Assembly (NCBI GenBank): GCA_013239625.1
Contig: MU054187.1
Location: 15,454,941-15,518,940 of the forward strand
DNA from: Lama guanicoe
Taxonomy: Eukaryota
Reading direction: 5' to 3'
Length of the DNA: 64,000 nt
Part shown: one piece after another, positions 14,606 through 28,410 of the stretch
How the letters are laid out: every line of letters starts with the position of its first letter
How positions within the stretch are numbered: position 1 is the stretch's first letter
Made by a program: the position numbers and the translations under genes
Notes under the pieces: generated by a model
What the model was told of the DNA's origin: nothing
The model's input: only the letters and a program-made list of their open reading frames with translations
Database searches by the model: none

Positions 14606-15327
14606 TATATAGATACAGATATAATATATATCACATATTCTATATATGTGTTTTGTATGTATATATAATAACACATGGTATATATGGAATGTTTGTTGTA
14701 TTAAATATACTACATTGTTAATTTATGAATTGTGTCTTAGAAGAAGTTATTTGAATTAGATGGAGAGCTGGCCCCACAACATGAAATCACTACTAAAAGT
14801 GTAATTTCTTCATAAAGTCTTAATTTGAGGGAAGAGAAAGATTTGTGATTCATTATTTTGAAGAATCATTTCATTTTCTCACTAAATTGTAGTCTTTCTG
14901 AGATTACAGTTTAAAAAATTCTCTTAAAACTTGCTTTTTAATTTTTAACTTTCATGTTGCCATGTAAGTAGAAGGAAACAATAGCAAACTATGAAATATT
15001 CTATTTCAGTGTTACATTAACAGAAACACTTAACTATAAAACCAAGGCATCATTAGATGTCTTCTGATGAAGATTTATTTCTAGTTAGGTAAGCCAGATA
15101 TTTAAGGCAGTTTTCAAATGATCTGGAAGCTTTTTAAAAATCTATAAAACTTCATGAAATCATCTATAAATTAGCTGCTTTGAGATGAAAAAAATCCACA
15201 CTTGATTGTCTCCTGCTGCCTCACAAATAAAATAGTTCATGAATTTCATGGAAGACATAAAACAATACAGAGCAAATCTTTTGCTAAAAATTCATCATTC
15301 TCAAGTCAAGCACGCCAGCTTTCACAG

Positions 15328-15352
15328 GTGTGTGTGTGTGTGTTTGTGTGTG
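15328..15352. repeat. Imperfect (TG)n microsatellite
   Basis: Seen directly. Confidence 0.9.
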
Positions 15353-17001
15353 ACTTTTCCCTTTAATGAAAGTATTTATTGTGTAATTAGTATTTAATAG
15401 GCACAATGTAGTCCTCTAAAGTCCCCTGCTTTCTTTGCGCTCTCATTCTAAAGATAGAAGACATACAATAAATATATTGATATAATATGTAAATTAGGTA
15501 TGAAGAAGATAGATATGGAAGGTGTTTGATAAGTTTAAAAAACAAACTTCAAAATGAAATTCAACTGTCCTCATTTTGAAGGAGAAGCCTAGTTGGCCCC
15601 CCAATTCAAGTCACAGTTCAGCAAACACGGTGGTTAGTGACTGCCAATACATGTATGCTAATATATGACTTGCTTTTCTTATAAAACTTCTCAAAACTGA
15701 ATTGAAACTAAGTAGCTGGCAGAGCTAAGGTCTGACATTATCACAAACACAATGGCAACAGCAATATTTTGTGTTCATCCCAGTACCTGGTACTTCTGGC
15801 CAAGGGAGTGATATGTGCCTCCTTAGAACTGAATCCTCTTTTGTCAAGCTGGGAAAGAAAGCACTGATGCAGCCAGGAGTTCCTCTGGGCAGACGTCATT
15901 TGGGTTCTCTAATTTAATAGGGTGCAAATAGATCCTAAAATTAAAAACCCAGTCCTCTGTTTATTTCTTCTGTTTGGGAAGCAGTCAATAAACTCCACAA
16001 AACATGAGCTCTGTGCTATGTTTCCAATGTCAGCTGCCCCTGTAGCCAACTTTTGCTTGCTATGAAAGGATTCCATTGACTTTCACCAACCAGAAACACA
16101 GGAGACTGACTATCCAGGAACCCCACTTTATTTTCAGTTATGGCTTCTTCTGTTTCCATATTTAAAAACAAAAAGTCTTTCTTACCTCTGGTTTTCCAGT
16201 TTAACCAAGGTCTTCAATTTTACTAACAATAATGTGTTTATATGGTGTTTCAACCCAAAGGAAGCCCCAATTCCTTATATGAACATGTGCATAGTCCTTC
16301 CTTCTTCTCCTTGCCTCCCCAGCCCCCACCCCTGTACAAACAAATCATGTCACTCGTGAAATATGACCTCTCAAGGGTGGAGTATGCTTGATGCTGAAAC
16401 AGCATATAACATTGGGTAATATGACTGACTTCAGATGGGGCTGCTGTAAGACCAGCGGGCAAAAAATAAATAAATAAATAAAAAGAAAGAAAAAGAAAAA
16501 TTCATTGGAACTAGAACAAGGTGAAGAATTTATATATGTATGTATATGTATATACTTCTAGTTTCGGATTCAAGGATTCAAAGAAAATTACTAGATAAGG
16601 AATAAAGATAAGAATGAAGAAAAGGAAACCGCCTCATAAATTGGCATAAATAGCATAAAAACTATACTTTTCTCATTGTGGCAAACAATATAAAATTTGA
16701 GGAAAGTACATTTTAATTAAGAAGTATTTCCTGGAACCTTAGGTTAAATACATAGTGTATCCTGTGGCTTCCAGCATAGTTGAATTAGGTAGATTCTGTT
16801 TGGAATTTCAAAAATATGAAGGAAAACCATAAATGAGAAGTAAGGAAAATTCAACAAAGCAAATGTTAATGGTAAGAGCAGATTGTACTGGATCCCCGAT
16901 TATAACACTGATCTTGGACTTGTGTACTGAAAGCATTAAAATAAACACAGACTCTTCTGGCAATTTTAGGAACAGAGATTCTTAGGGCCCGACGCGTGCG
17001 T

Positions 17002-17003
<2 letters not shown>

Positions 17004-17043
<40 letters not shown>
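17004..17043. repeat. (CA)~20 microsatellite
   Basis: Seen directly. Confidence 0.95.
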
Positions 17044-17046
<3 letters not shown>

Positions 17047-17574
17047 CCTTAAGAAGTGACACAGCCACAAGGAGAGAGTATTCCTGTCTATCTCCATGCT
17101 CAACAACAAAAACAACAGTAAGATGCATCTCCTACCAAAGGAACAGAGGTGAAAAAGAAATTTGGATTTCTGTTCCTTAAATACAATTCCAGTTACATCC
17201 ATATGCTTGTCAAAAACACCAGTGAGTACTCAGTGTGTAGCAAAATGAATAAGACATTTTCACCCAGCAGTTAAGCTGCTTCATATTATGGCATAGTTTA
17301 TTTTTCTTTTAATACCTCTCACTCTTCTTGATGCACTTAGTGCCATTCCAGAAGGAAAAAAAAACCTTCCCCAGCATACTAAGAAAACAAAAGGGCAGTT
17401 CCACTCCCCATTTACTCACTTTACATGCTTTGTTTTTAATAAATTGCTCTGTTTCATAATTCAGTTTTGCATCTAGTATCTATTTTGGTATGCCTCAGGT
17501 AAAACTTTTTATTTAGCATTTTAACATTAACATTTCAGAAAGTCACAGACCCACAGTATCTTAGTACTTTTTAA

Positions 17575-18355
17575 AAAAAATTATTTTTCAATTAAAGTAT
17601 AGTTGATTTACTATATTATAGTAACATTATATTAGTTTTGGGTGTATAATATAATGATTAGACATTTGTGTAGATTATACTCCGTTTAAAGTTATTATAA
17701 AATATTAATTATATCTCATATGCTTTACGTTGTGTGTGTGTATCTTATTTTCCACTTGGTAGTTTGTACCTCTTAATCCCCTTCCCTTATCTTGCCCCTC
17801 CTCCTGTTCCTCTCTTCACTGGAAACCATTAGTTTGTTCTCTGTATCTGTGGGTCTGTTTCTTTTTTGTCATATTCATTTATTTGTTTTGTTTTTTAGAT
17901 TGCCCATATACGTGAAAACATACAGCATTTGTCTTTCTCTGACTTATGTCGCTAAGAATAATACCCTCCAGGTCCATCCATGTTTATGCAAATGACAAAA
18001 TTTCATTCTTTTTTATGACTAAGTAATATCCCTAGATTGTATCTACATCTTGGCTATTGTAAATAATGGTGCTATGAACATCAAGGTGCATGCATCTTTT
18101 AAAGTTATTATTTTCATTTTCTTTGGATATATACTCAGGAGTGGAATTGCTGGATCATATTGTAGTTCTATTTTTAGTTTTTTGAGGAACTTCCATACTG
18201 TTCTTCCATAGTGGCTACACCAATTAACATTCCCACCAACAGTGAACTAGGGCTCCCTTTTCTCAACATCCTGGCCAACAATTATTATTCATTGTCCTTT
18301 TGACCACAGCCATTTTGATGGCTGTGAGTTGGTAATTCATTGTGGTTTTGATTTC
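17575..18355 (-). mobile_element. Artiodactyl-type L1 3' end, antisense
   Basis: aattaaagtatagttgattta...ggagtggaattgctggatcatattgtagttctatttttagttttttgaggaac. Confidence 0.9.
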
Positions 18356-18374
18356 CTACATGTTCTTTTAGATG

Positions 18375-18530
18375 CGCACAATAGCTTAGAGGGCGTTAAG
18401 TTCAGACTTCATGTGTTACAGGTAAGGCAAGTCCAGAGAGGGCAAAGAAATTTTCCAAGTTCACACAGTAAATTAGGGGAACAGAATAGGAACTAAACCC
18501 AGTTTTCTGTCTTCCTACTCTGGGCTCTTT
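18375..18530 (-). mobile_element. MIR remnant
   Basis: cagagagggcaaagaaattttccaagttcacacagtaa...aactaaacccag. Confidence 0.55.
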
Positions 18531-18573
18531 GCCAAACACTCCTAATATGCCCATCAACTTTTTCTTTTTTTAG

Positions 18574-18615
18574 ATGTTCACTGAAAACCAAACAAGATGA
18601 GGATCAGACAAATCC
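18574..18615 (+). other. Candidate 42-nt internal exon (open in phase 2: CSLKTKQDEDQTNP)
   Basis: tttttcttttttttag acceptor and CC|gtaagt donor; length divisible by 3; no homology recognised. Confidence 0.3.
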
Positions 18616-21600
18616 GTAAGTAGATGGGCTGTTATTTTTTGAGTATCCAATGTAATGCACACGTATGTGTTTACATGAAAATTTGTATTCTCTGAACTGG
18701 ATTGAATGAATAATCTTGTATATTTAATGGATATAATGAGTCTTTTTTCTTCTTTAGACTCTTCTGGATTTTATTACGTTTTCTACCACAGAACCATTAC
18801 TTTCTGATTTGAAAACTTATAACCGTTAAAGTGATTTTCCTTTTTTCTATAATTTGGGAGAAATAGCTAATAGGAACATTAAAGGTTGTTTACTGATGAA
18901 AGAAATAAATTATTTTTAGAAATTTTGTTTAGTGTGGGTATTTTCAAAATCTGTGTGTTGTTGGCTTTGGGTCTTGCAGGGATTTTACTGTAGGCCAACA
19001 AAAATAGGGAAATAATCTGTTTCCCCAGCACAGGAGGAGGCTCACGTGGAGTAGGGTTGACTCCCTGAGAAATGGCAAAAAATCTAAATCATAATGTGCA
19101 TAGGACTGTGGCAAACTTCTGTCTGAACAGGGCCAAGATTGGTAGCCACTGGTTCCTAATTTTGTTCAGGGCAGCAGTTGTGAGCTGTGGTGATACTAAT
19201 CATCACACAGTTAATGCTCCTGCTGCTGACTCCGGGCAGGCCTCTCTGGGTTAAAGCAGGACTCAACCCAGACACAGGCAGTTGAATATGTCTTAGGAAA
19301 GGAAAGAGGGGAGTCAAGGTGAAGTAGTGAAATGATAGCAAATATGGGCATGATTTCACTGCTCTGACTACCCCTCTCTTCCTGCTTGCCCCAACACCTC
19401 TATCAGGGCAAATCATGGCTGCAGGGCAGGCCTCCAATCCCAGCAGGCAGAGCTGTCCAAGGGTTTGGACAAACAGTGAGAGGCATGGGGATAGAAAAGG
19501 ATTTGGAGGACTACAACCCTGGAAGGAAAATCGAGGTCAGGGAGCCACACTGGCCTTGCCAGGTGGTAGAATTCAGTGCCAGACCTCACCTGTTGGAGAG
19601 CATGCAAGTCCCTTTTATACAGGCATACTGGGTTATTTTGGTTTATGTCCTGAGTAGAGCTTTGCCTGCAAGTTGAAGAACTTCAGTTCTTGTGTTCTGA
19701 CAAAAGTGAGGAGAAAGATGCCTACAGATATGATGGAGTTGTTTCCTAAATGCAAAAGTATGTTAGCCAGTTACTAAGGAGATATTTTCATTATTAGTTA
19801 AATAAAAGTAGAACATCTGAGATGAAAGATCTTTCTTAGAGCCGCCTTTTATTCAGTTCATGTTGTGTACATCTCTGTAGTATACAACATACATACGTGT
19901 GTTGAAATGCAAACTTACCAAGAAGAACTTGTCTCCAGGAAAATTTGTTTCTGTTTGAAGAAACCAAAAGAAATAGTTACTGAAATTGTTGTTCTAACCT
20001 GGACAAAAATCTTTTCATCCTGAGGAGTGTTATAAGCAAAATCGTATTGAATGTGATTTCATAAGCAACATTAAACAGCTAATATTTGTACTATCCCAAC
20101 ATTTATTAAGCACATTTGTACATACTGACCTATTAAATCTTTGCAAATACCCTGAGGGTAATTATTAGTATAGCCATTTCACAAGCGAGGAAACTGAAAT
20201 TTAAAAATGTTGATCAAGATCATACAGCCAATTTATCTTGCGTTTTGAAGTTCAGCCAGGTTCTACTGCCTCTAAATAACACTTTAACATAAAAAATCCA
20301 TCTTTCTGGATACACAACTCTTCCTAGCTCTTACCTTCTTCTCTATCCCAGGTAAAAGCATCTATTAAAAAAATCAGTAGGTGGAAACATTTCTGAATGA
20401 ATATATTTCCATCTTTGTTTAGGAACTCAAACTCAAACAGGTTATTCGAGGAAGATAAATTTAACCTGAATTGCTCAGGCTTTACCAAGTTGTGGGTACA
20501 AGTGAGCCACTATACACAAAATTTCCTTGTTCATTACACAGTTTACATAGCTTCTAAGTCATCAACCCCCATCAAAACATTTCTGAGATGTCCCAGAAAA
20601 ATACTCATGAACAAAGCCCCACGTGCTTGGTGCTGCTAAAGTACTCTTCTCTGAGCAAAAGCCATCCTGTCTCTGCCTAGAAATGAGGGCTGTTATTGAT
20701 CTCCTGCCCTCGTTCTCAGGGAGGGCTCGGGCTAGGTCACCCTGCTGTACATCGGTACAATAGCATGTTTTGTGCTTTTGTAAATTTGAGCTTGAGTCTT
20801 AACTCCATCCTCAAGCAGCAATGCAGAATGAAAAGAGTATCATACTCGGAAGCAGAATCCCCAGGTAAATCTGCCGCATTCTCCCTGTGAGATCTTAATC
20901 AGGACATTTTATCGCTTTGAGCCTCAGTTTATTCACATTTAAAACTGGAGTGATAATAATGCGAAGCATAGGAGATCATTTGGGAATTTAAGAGAGATCA
21001 CAAATGTGAGAACTTTGTCTCCTTCACTTTAGGGAGGTTTATTGCATTCGATGGAGGTCTTTTGTTTCCACGTGGCAGAACACTTTTTATTCTAACAGAA
21101 ACAAAACAGAGTATGCATTGTAAGCCTAAATGCGTCACATCTGGACCTGAAACTGGCCTTGACTTCCCTTCCTCGGTGTGTCTTGCCTCTCTTCTTGGCC
21201 GTTCCGCTGCTTCGCATATGTCCTCCCCACGTGGAGGATAAGGTAGTAGCTGATAGGCTCACAGCTTGAGGTGTGAAAGGAAGACCCTCTCTCACCGTAC
21301 GTCTAGGTGGTACATTTCAGGAAAAGGTTTTAGTCAGCTGTGGTTGAGTTATGTGTCCAGTTCTTTGGCTGATTTCTGTACACAGCTTGGGTCGCATGGC
21401 TATGGTTAAGGGAAGGCATCCCATATTCACACAAAGTGAGAAAAAGGATAGTTCTACTCTGGAAAGATGGGTGCTGGGCAGAAAAGAGACCACTGCCCAC
21501 TGTAACTCTGCCGCTGTTGGATGTTAAAATCCACATACATCACTTAGCTTTTCCTTATTTATTGAGCTTTCATTATTCTTCATCCCCACTAATTGCATTC

Positions 21601-24600
21601 CACACTAATTTACCAAACACTTACTGAAATCCTACTCACCGCCAGTGGTGCTAAGTACTGGGAAAACAAAGACGGAAAGGCATGGCTCTTAGTAGCTCTC
21701 TGCCCATTTGGGGAGTTTGTGACGATACAGTCCTCCACTCTATTAGAGATCAGAACACAATGAGATACCACCCAGCGCAGCGTGGGGCTGGGTCGAGGGA
21801 GGTGTGGCAGATTGGGCCAGGTTTCCCAAACGACCTGTGTGTAACGTGAATCTTGAAAGATGAAGTGAAATTAGCTAGACAGAAGTGGTGAGAAGCAACA
21901 TTGCTGTACAGTTTAACCAGCTGTTTTTTTTTTTTCCTACCTATTTTGGCTTTCTCCAATTTTGATTGTTCCTTAATAGTGACCACATCTTATGATTCTT
22001 CCATACTATTGACAGTGCTCACCCAGTGCTGACACTTTTATTGACTGTTGCTGTCTTATATAGTTAATATTGTGATTATTTTCATCATTGGCCACCTGGA
22101 ACATTTTTTTTTTCTTTCTTCTTAGAAAAATGAGCTACTCATTGACAGTAACGGAGTGGCAAACAAAACAGTGTCAGTTTTCCTGGAAATCTGAAAGAAT
22201 TCACCAGGTTTTATTTTTTTCACTCAGGATTCTTAGTGCTACTCTTATAGCACCATTTTAGCCAATTTAAGAAGCTACAACCATTCATACATGACAACTC
22301 CAAAGTGATGCCTCTTCTGTACCACCCCCTCAACTGAAGAAGTCAAATCTCACTTTTGCCAACTGCTTTGGTCAAACTTTTGTTCAAAAAAATAAATTAG
22401 CTTAGGAAAATAACATCATGTGGCAATGTCATGCCAATAAAAATACTGCCATGTCCAGAAAATACACTCATGGGTGGCCTGATTTGCCTAGAACACCTAA
22501 TTAAATTTTCTTTTTCCTTCCCCCAGTGACATACTCACATTCACCAATTGGTTGCTGGTAATACATGTTTCTAAAACCACTGATCTTGGACTTAACTCAC
22601 GTGCAAGAGTTAGATGCAAGAAACACGATACTGATTTTGAGCACCCAGAGACAATTTTTCATTTAAAGATACCAATTGACTCAGCCCCCTCCTGTGGTTG
22701 GGGTAGTACAGATATTTTCTCTGGGAGTGGAAGGTAATTCTCACTATTTTTTTGATTTTGGGTATGAGAAGGGGATGGGCAATAGAGCAGTGATTGCCAT
22801 CTCTGGAAACTGTCTAGCAGCATTTGCGTTTCACAGAGTCTACTCCTGATCCTGTGAAGTTTGTTTTCTGCACTTACTTTTCATACAAAGAAATATTCAC
22901 ACAACCATATTCATGGACTCCGAGAGGTCCTTGGTAGCAACATCTGTCTTTGAAGTCTCATTCAGTTCAATTATAGTCAAGATATTTTTGAAATGTTAAA
23001 AAAAAGATTAAAAAAAAAAGCACGTGTTTCTCTTCTCTGGGGCAGATGGTCCAATCATCTTTCCTTGGCTCAAGGGTGGACACAGAGGGACATTGACCTC
23101 TATGGTGTAAGCACAGGGAACCCAGAAAGGTAAAAGGAAGTATTCTTGATAAGAAAAGGCAGAGTGTACATGACCCTGGACCTCAAAACAGGACAAGCAA
23201 AGGGTAAGTTCTGAGGCCAGTAGACAGCCTCAGGTTCAGGGTTTTAGGTTGCCTGAGGTGTGTCCCTGAATCAAGAGGAAGGTGTTAAGAATCGTATGGC
23301 ATTACAGACATGTTTCATTCTGTGAGGTCAGGTTTCCTCACACTGATGAATGCTCCTAATATACTTGGCATCAATCTCGATAGGCCTGTTACCACAATTA
23401 CTTCCCGGGCCAGGCCTATCCCAGTGGGGTAGGAAGTAGGCTAGCCATGGAGTCATAGGACGTTTTACAGCATGTCCCTTGGTTTGACCTCCAGCAAGGG
23501 GCACCGGCATTCATAGTAAAGAGTAATGTCTCTGTGGACTGAGAGTAAAAGGCAATGTTGAAATATCTAGTGGATTCTCTTAGATGAAAGTTGAAGTCAG
23601 AAAACAGTGGGAGAGTGGCCTCCATCACAATGAAAAAGACCCGAAAGCTGTTTTCTGTTTCTCACTGGTCAGATCACACATGTAACGTAAAGAGTGTCAG
23701 ATGCTACCTTCCTGTGGGCCTCATGCCAGTCAGTATGCTTACTAAGTGGCATTTACGCCCACTGTTACCCATTTTACAAAGATAATTTTGAGTAACCTAT
23801 GTTTTGCTTGAGTTTTGATTAGCTGCCAGTATTTTAGGGCTTAGGGGAAAGTTGCATGGCGTAAAAATGCTAAGTGCAATTAAATGGGGATTTTTTGATG
23901 GAGAAGGCAGTAAGACAAGGCTAGAAGGGTGAAAGAGTTGTGCTGGTGATAGGAAAGATGTCCTTTGTGCAGTGATGAAGTTCTCTCTCTAGACAGCTTT
24001 CTTTGGGTTGTGGACAGTGGAACGTGAACATGGGCTTGCAGAATATGAACTTCCTCCAAATCCAGGAGCCTGCTGAGACCCTTGGTTGGGGAACTGAATG
24101 GCTGCTGTCCTAGTTAGGGGCTGTGTGGGTTTTTAGTAGGCTTCTCAGAAAGGGTGGCTCAAGGACCTCCACTTAAGCTTGTGCTTGGCTGGAAGCTTGG
24201 AAAGGAAATGTGCCTGCTTTGGGAGCGTACAGCCACCAGGCTCTTGGAACCAATTTAATTGCAGTCTTCTTCACACAACATATAATAGTTCTTGGCACAT
24301 AGATATTTGTTGAATTTTCTTAAATTGAAACCCGGACATTTTGTTCTACATCTTATATTATTCTAGTGCTGGTCCTAGAGGCACAGATGCTTTTAATAAC
24401 TCTTTTCATCCATGACTCATATTTACATGTCTTTGGAGCTCTTTATAAATTGACCTAATTCTCTCTTATTATCTTCTAGCTGGGTGGGATGTCAGCAAAT
24501 ATCTCCAGGCTTATTCCTTTCAGCATATTGGCCCCATGAGAAAGAAAGACTTTACGGCTGTCTCTAACAGAAATTTTCTGAGGGGATCACTGTTTGGATG

Positions 24601-25079
24601 GACACTGGCTTCAGTGGCTAGTACTGAACTAGGAATAGCCTGACTGGCAAAACTTAGATAACCTGCCCATTGCCATGGCTGCTGAGGATTGAAGAGCATG
24701 TTACTGTGATTGACAGCTCCATTTAAACCTCATGGAGACTGGGAAAAGTTCTCCAAAAAGAAAGAAGTTATTGTTTCCAGTAGTAGAAGAATGATAGATC
24801 ATCCTGTGTAAGTCAAACAAAGGCTACCATAGTCTACTACATATATGTTGTCTCTTAATACTGGAAAATTTATATTTAGACTGAATAAAAGAATGTGCAG
24901 AAATTCTCTTTATGCAAAATTTTAGACTGAGTAATTTACTATTGTTTATTTCATCCCAGCCATTATAGGCAATTGGCAATCAGTACTTTTCAAGGCAATT
25001 TAAATTGGACTAGAAAAAAGCTAAAGCCAAAAATCATAGGGGCATGGAAAAGGTTAATGAAATGATAGAAAGTAAATTC

Positions 25080-25760
25080 AGGCTTTGCAATTGTACCGTG
25101 TTAGGACTATCTGGTAGCTCAAAAGGGAAACACAAGAGATGGAAATCAGAAGACGAAGCCTAGTGGGTGGCAGGATTATGATGGTAGCAGAGTCAACAAC
25201 TTTGAGTCTACAGTTGCCCTCATTGAAGCCCTGTCTTTCAAATTGATAATGGAAATAGAGTTCTAAATAGTCTTCTTGCCTCCAGTTTGTCCCAGGTCCA
25301 GTCAATTTGTCATTGTTACCAGTGTTAGCAATCAAATACAAAATTGTGATCATTACAATGTCCTGAAAGGCGATGGGGGTGGAAATATTAACCACGGTGA
25401 GAAATATCAAACTGGCTTGTCTTAGAGACTGACTCTGAGGGGTGGAGGAGTGATGCAAGCATCAGGTAGAACATGATATTAGGATGATTGGAGTGAGACA
25501 ACAAGTCTTTCTAAGGCAAGTAAGTGACATTAGGCAGGACCATGACAGACAACAGTATGCTCTGATAGTGAAATTGATAAAGACATCAATATTGAAATAA
25601 GAATATTGAAAAAGTGTGACAGCACGTATCAGAGATTATAATCAATGGCAAAGTGAACATTATAGTTAATGCCTGAAGCAGGATTTATAATCTTTAGAAG
25701 TTTGTGGAAAGACCTAAGGGGACCCAGGAAAATACAACACAGAACTTATAATGCATATGT
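25080..25760. mobile_element. L2-like decayed remnant
   Basis: Purine-rich L2-style phrases; highly diverged. Confidence 0.35.
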
Positions 25761-26985
25761 GGCTCTTAACTTTCACCAGTATTTTAAAGCTCCATTACAA
25801 CTCCCCAAATGTTCACCCAGAAGGCAAATTTCTGTTCTATTTTCCTTTAATGTACATAACTTATTTGATTTATTTATAGAATATTTAGAACAATGCCATT
25901 CAAGTTATAGACATATTTGTTTAATATTTATGTGATTTTTAATCTAGATTAAATTTTTGAAATTTTATATTCCAGTTTGAGTGAATAATAACTTAATACC
26001 ATGAATGCTTTTCAACTCTATTTTTAAATTTTTATTCTCTACTTTTGTTCAAAATAAACATTTTATAAAGTGTATGATTAATCATTCCATTTGGAAGTTT
26101 TATTTAAAATTTTTTTTCTCTCGTATATTTTAAAACAAAAATTCTAGAAGACCTGCTTTTTCTTATAATAATAAAACATCATAGAAAACTTTAAGCTGTT
26201 TTTAACCTTAAATTTGTTCCCACTGCTGGTCATATTTAATGGCTGGGATAATAGATTCATCTTTGTGCTTTCACACTGCAGGGGCTGGCGCAATGGTAGC
26301 ATGTAGTGGTTGTTCAATAAATATTTGTTGAACTGAATTGAAATGAATCAAGTTGTAAATATTTTCTGGTCACATGAGTGAAATTAAGAAATATACAACT
26401 TTTCTTGGTTGAGTTTAGGAGCTATTCTGATACTAATTATTAAACATTTACCTTTGGACCAAATTTTGAAATTTGAATTGAGGTCACTAACTACATATAA
26501 CCTGTTTCTTTCTGGAATAGATGATGAAAACATTTCAACTCCTTGCCAACTTGCTTTTGGAAAGGAAATATGTGGATATAATAAAACAGAGAAAGCAGTA
26601 TTCTGCCCATTTTGAAACTATTGATTCCTAATCAACATACTGCATGTTAAAAACTGTCAGCACAATGTGAATGACATGAGGTCCTATCTTGAAGACACAA
26701 CAATTCTTAAAATCAGATTGTTGTACTATTCTATCGTGGATCAAATATTGTTCTGTAGGTTTTACCCTAAAGGGATAAAACACCCCTCAAGTGCTGTCAG
26801 TCTTATTTGTTCAAATTCTGTGCTAGACAAGCAGCCTCAAGTGTACCCAATTTTGTTTTTTAGGCATTTAATTTACTCTGGGAATAGCTGTCTTTCATTA
26901 TAGAAACAAATATTCTGATCACTTGTTTGGGCATTAAGTGAGGAAATTAAAATTCTGTCATTTCATTAGTTTACTGTTTAAATGG

Positions 26986-26987
<2 letters not shown>

Positions 26988-27016
<29 letters not shown>

Positions 27017-27017
27017 A
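26988..27017. repeat. (TATATG)n microsatellite
   Basis: Seen directly. Confidence 0.9.
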
Positions 27018-28239
27018 TAATTTGGAAGAGGAGATGAGCTCTATAAAGCTGAGAGCAGTAGTTAGAGCAGTAGTTAGCCTCCTGAGACAAAATTACTAGG
27101 AGAAACAGAATTTGGAGAAGCTAATATCCTCTCTTGATATTTCTGAGTTACAATGTTTTTCTTATAGAATGATTTGTACCAAAATTTGAAAGTTAATAAA
27201 GGCCACTTATGAGTGATGAGTTCTTTTCTTTACATGTGTCTATAACTAGGTTAGTGGATTTGGCATGAGGATTTCTTTTGTGAACTTTTGAACAGGTAAT
27301 GCCCAAATCTTACGCTCTATTGTTGTTAATGAATCATTTTTAGATGAATAAGTTCATCACAGCCTTTCAGAAGAGCACTCAAGGCTTTAACTTGACTATA
27401 TGCAGAACATAAACAGTTGTGCAGTCTTAGTCGAGTGCTTATCCGATTCAGTCTTTGAATTTAATGTACCTCATAAGTGAAAAAATTCACTTGCTTACAC
27501 GGGGAAGAGAGTGGAGCAACCTAACACAAAATTATAGAATGGAAACCTTGTAATAGCCTCGGCTTTATAGTCCGGCATCTTGGCATGAGGTCAGCTTTGC
27601 TTATTATGATTGGCACGGGCCATAGACTGGCACGTTAGCCTAGTGAGGCTGGAGTAAATCTAGCTGTTTACATCATTAAATGTTGAATGATGGCATATTT
27701 TTACTCTTTTCTGCCAACTTTACCTTTGATAAATAATTCTTAGGATCAATAATTTGTTAGCTGTGACAATCAAGAATGAATCCAGAGGAGCTAATTCTAT
27801 ATCATTTATTTTATACCAAATTCTCAAGCTCTCCTAGGAGGACTCTGAGTTATTAATGTGTATTAAAAGCAAAAACTGAATACAGTAGATTTCCAGTGAG
27901 CACTGAGTTTACTCCAAAAGCTTATATAAAAGTTCTCATTAAGTTGCAGCTCTACAGCTCTATTGGAGAGCTGTTTTATTTGATTCCAAGGCAACCTTTC
28001 CAATGGTTGGCATGGCTAGCCCCAGGCTAAGGCCTTAAGGTCAATTTTACACCTTTAAAAACATAATTAAAAAGATAAAATGAATGCTACCACCTCTAAT
28101 TCTCCAAAAATTATTAAAAAAACAATCAGTCCTATAGCAGCTTTAGATTGGATTGGTATCCCAAAGTGAGTTTTACAAAAGAGAGAACTGAAAAATAGGC
28201 TAAATCTCACAAATCTGACTAGTAATAAATTGCTGGCTT

Positions 28240-28410
28240 TAGAATTATATAAATAGAGACTTGAATCCTAGCCCTGCTACTTCTTGGCTGTGTAATTTGG
28301 GACAGATTACTTATCCCCTTGAGCCTCAGTTTCCACCTTCCAGTATTGTTCTGAGTACAGGTGAAATAGAGTTATGAGGCTGTCTAATAAAAAGCATGGC
28401 ATAGTGTAGT
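28240..28410 (+). mobile_element. MIR remnant
   Basis: ttgaatcctagccctgctact...tgagcctcagtttcc. Confidence 0.7.

Noticed and set aside
25078..25458. Longest ORF (126 aa) as a gene
   Set aside because: No recognisable domain or splice context, and it lies in decayed repeat-like sequence
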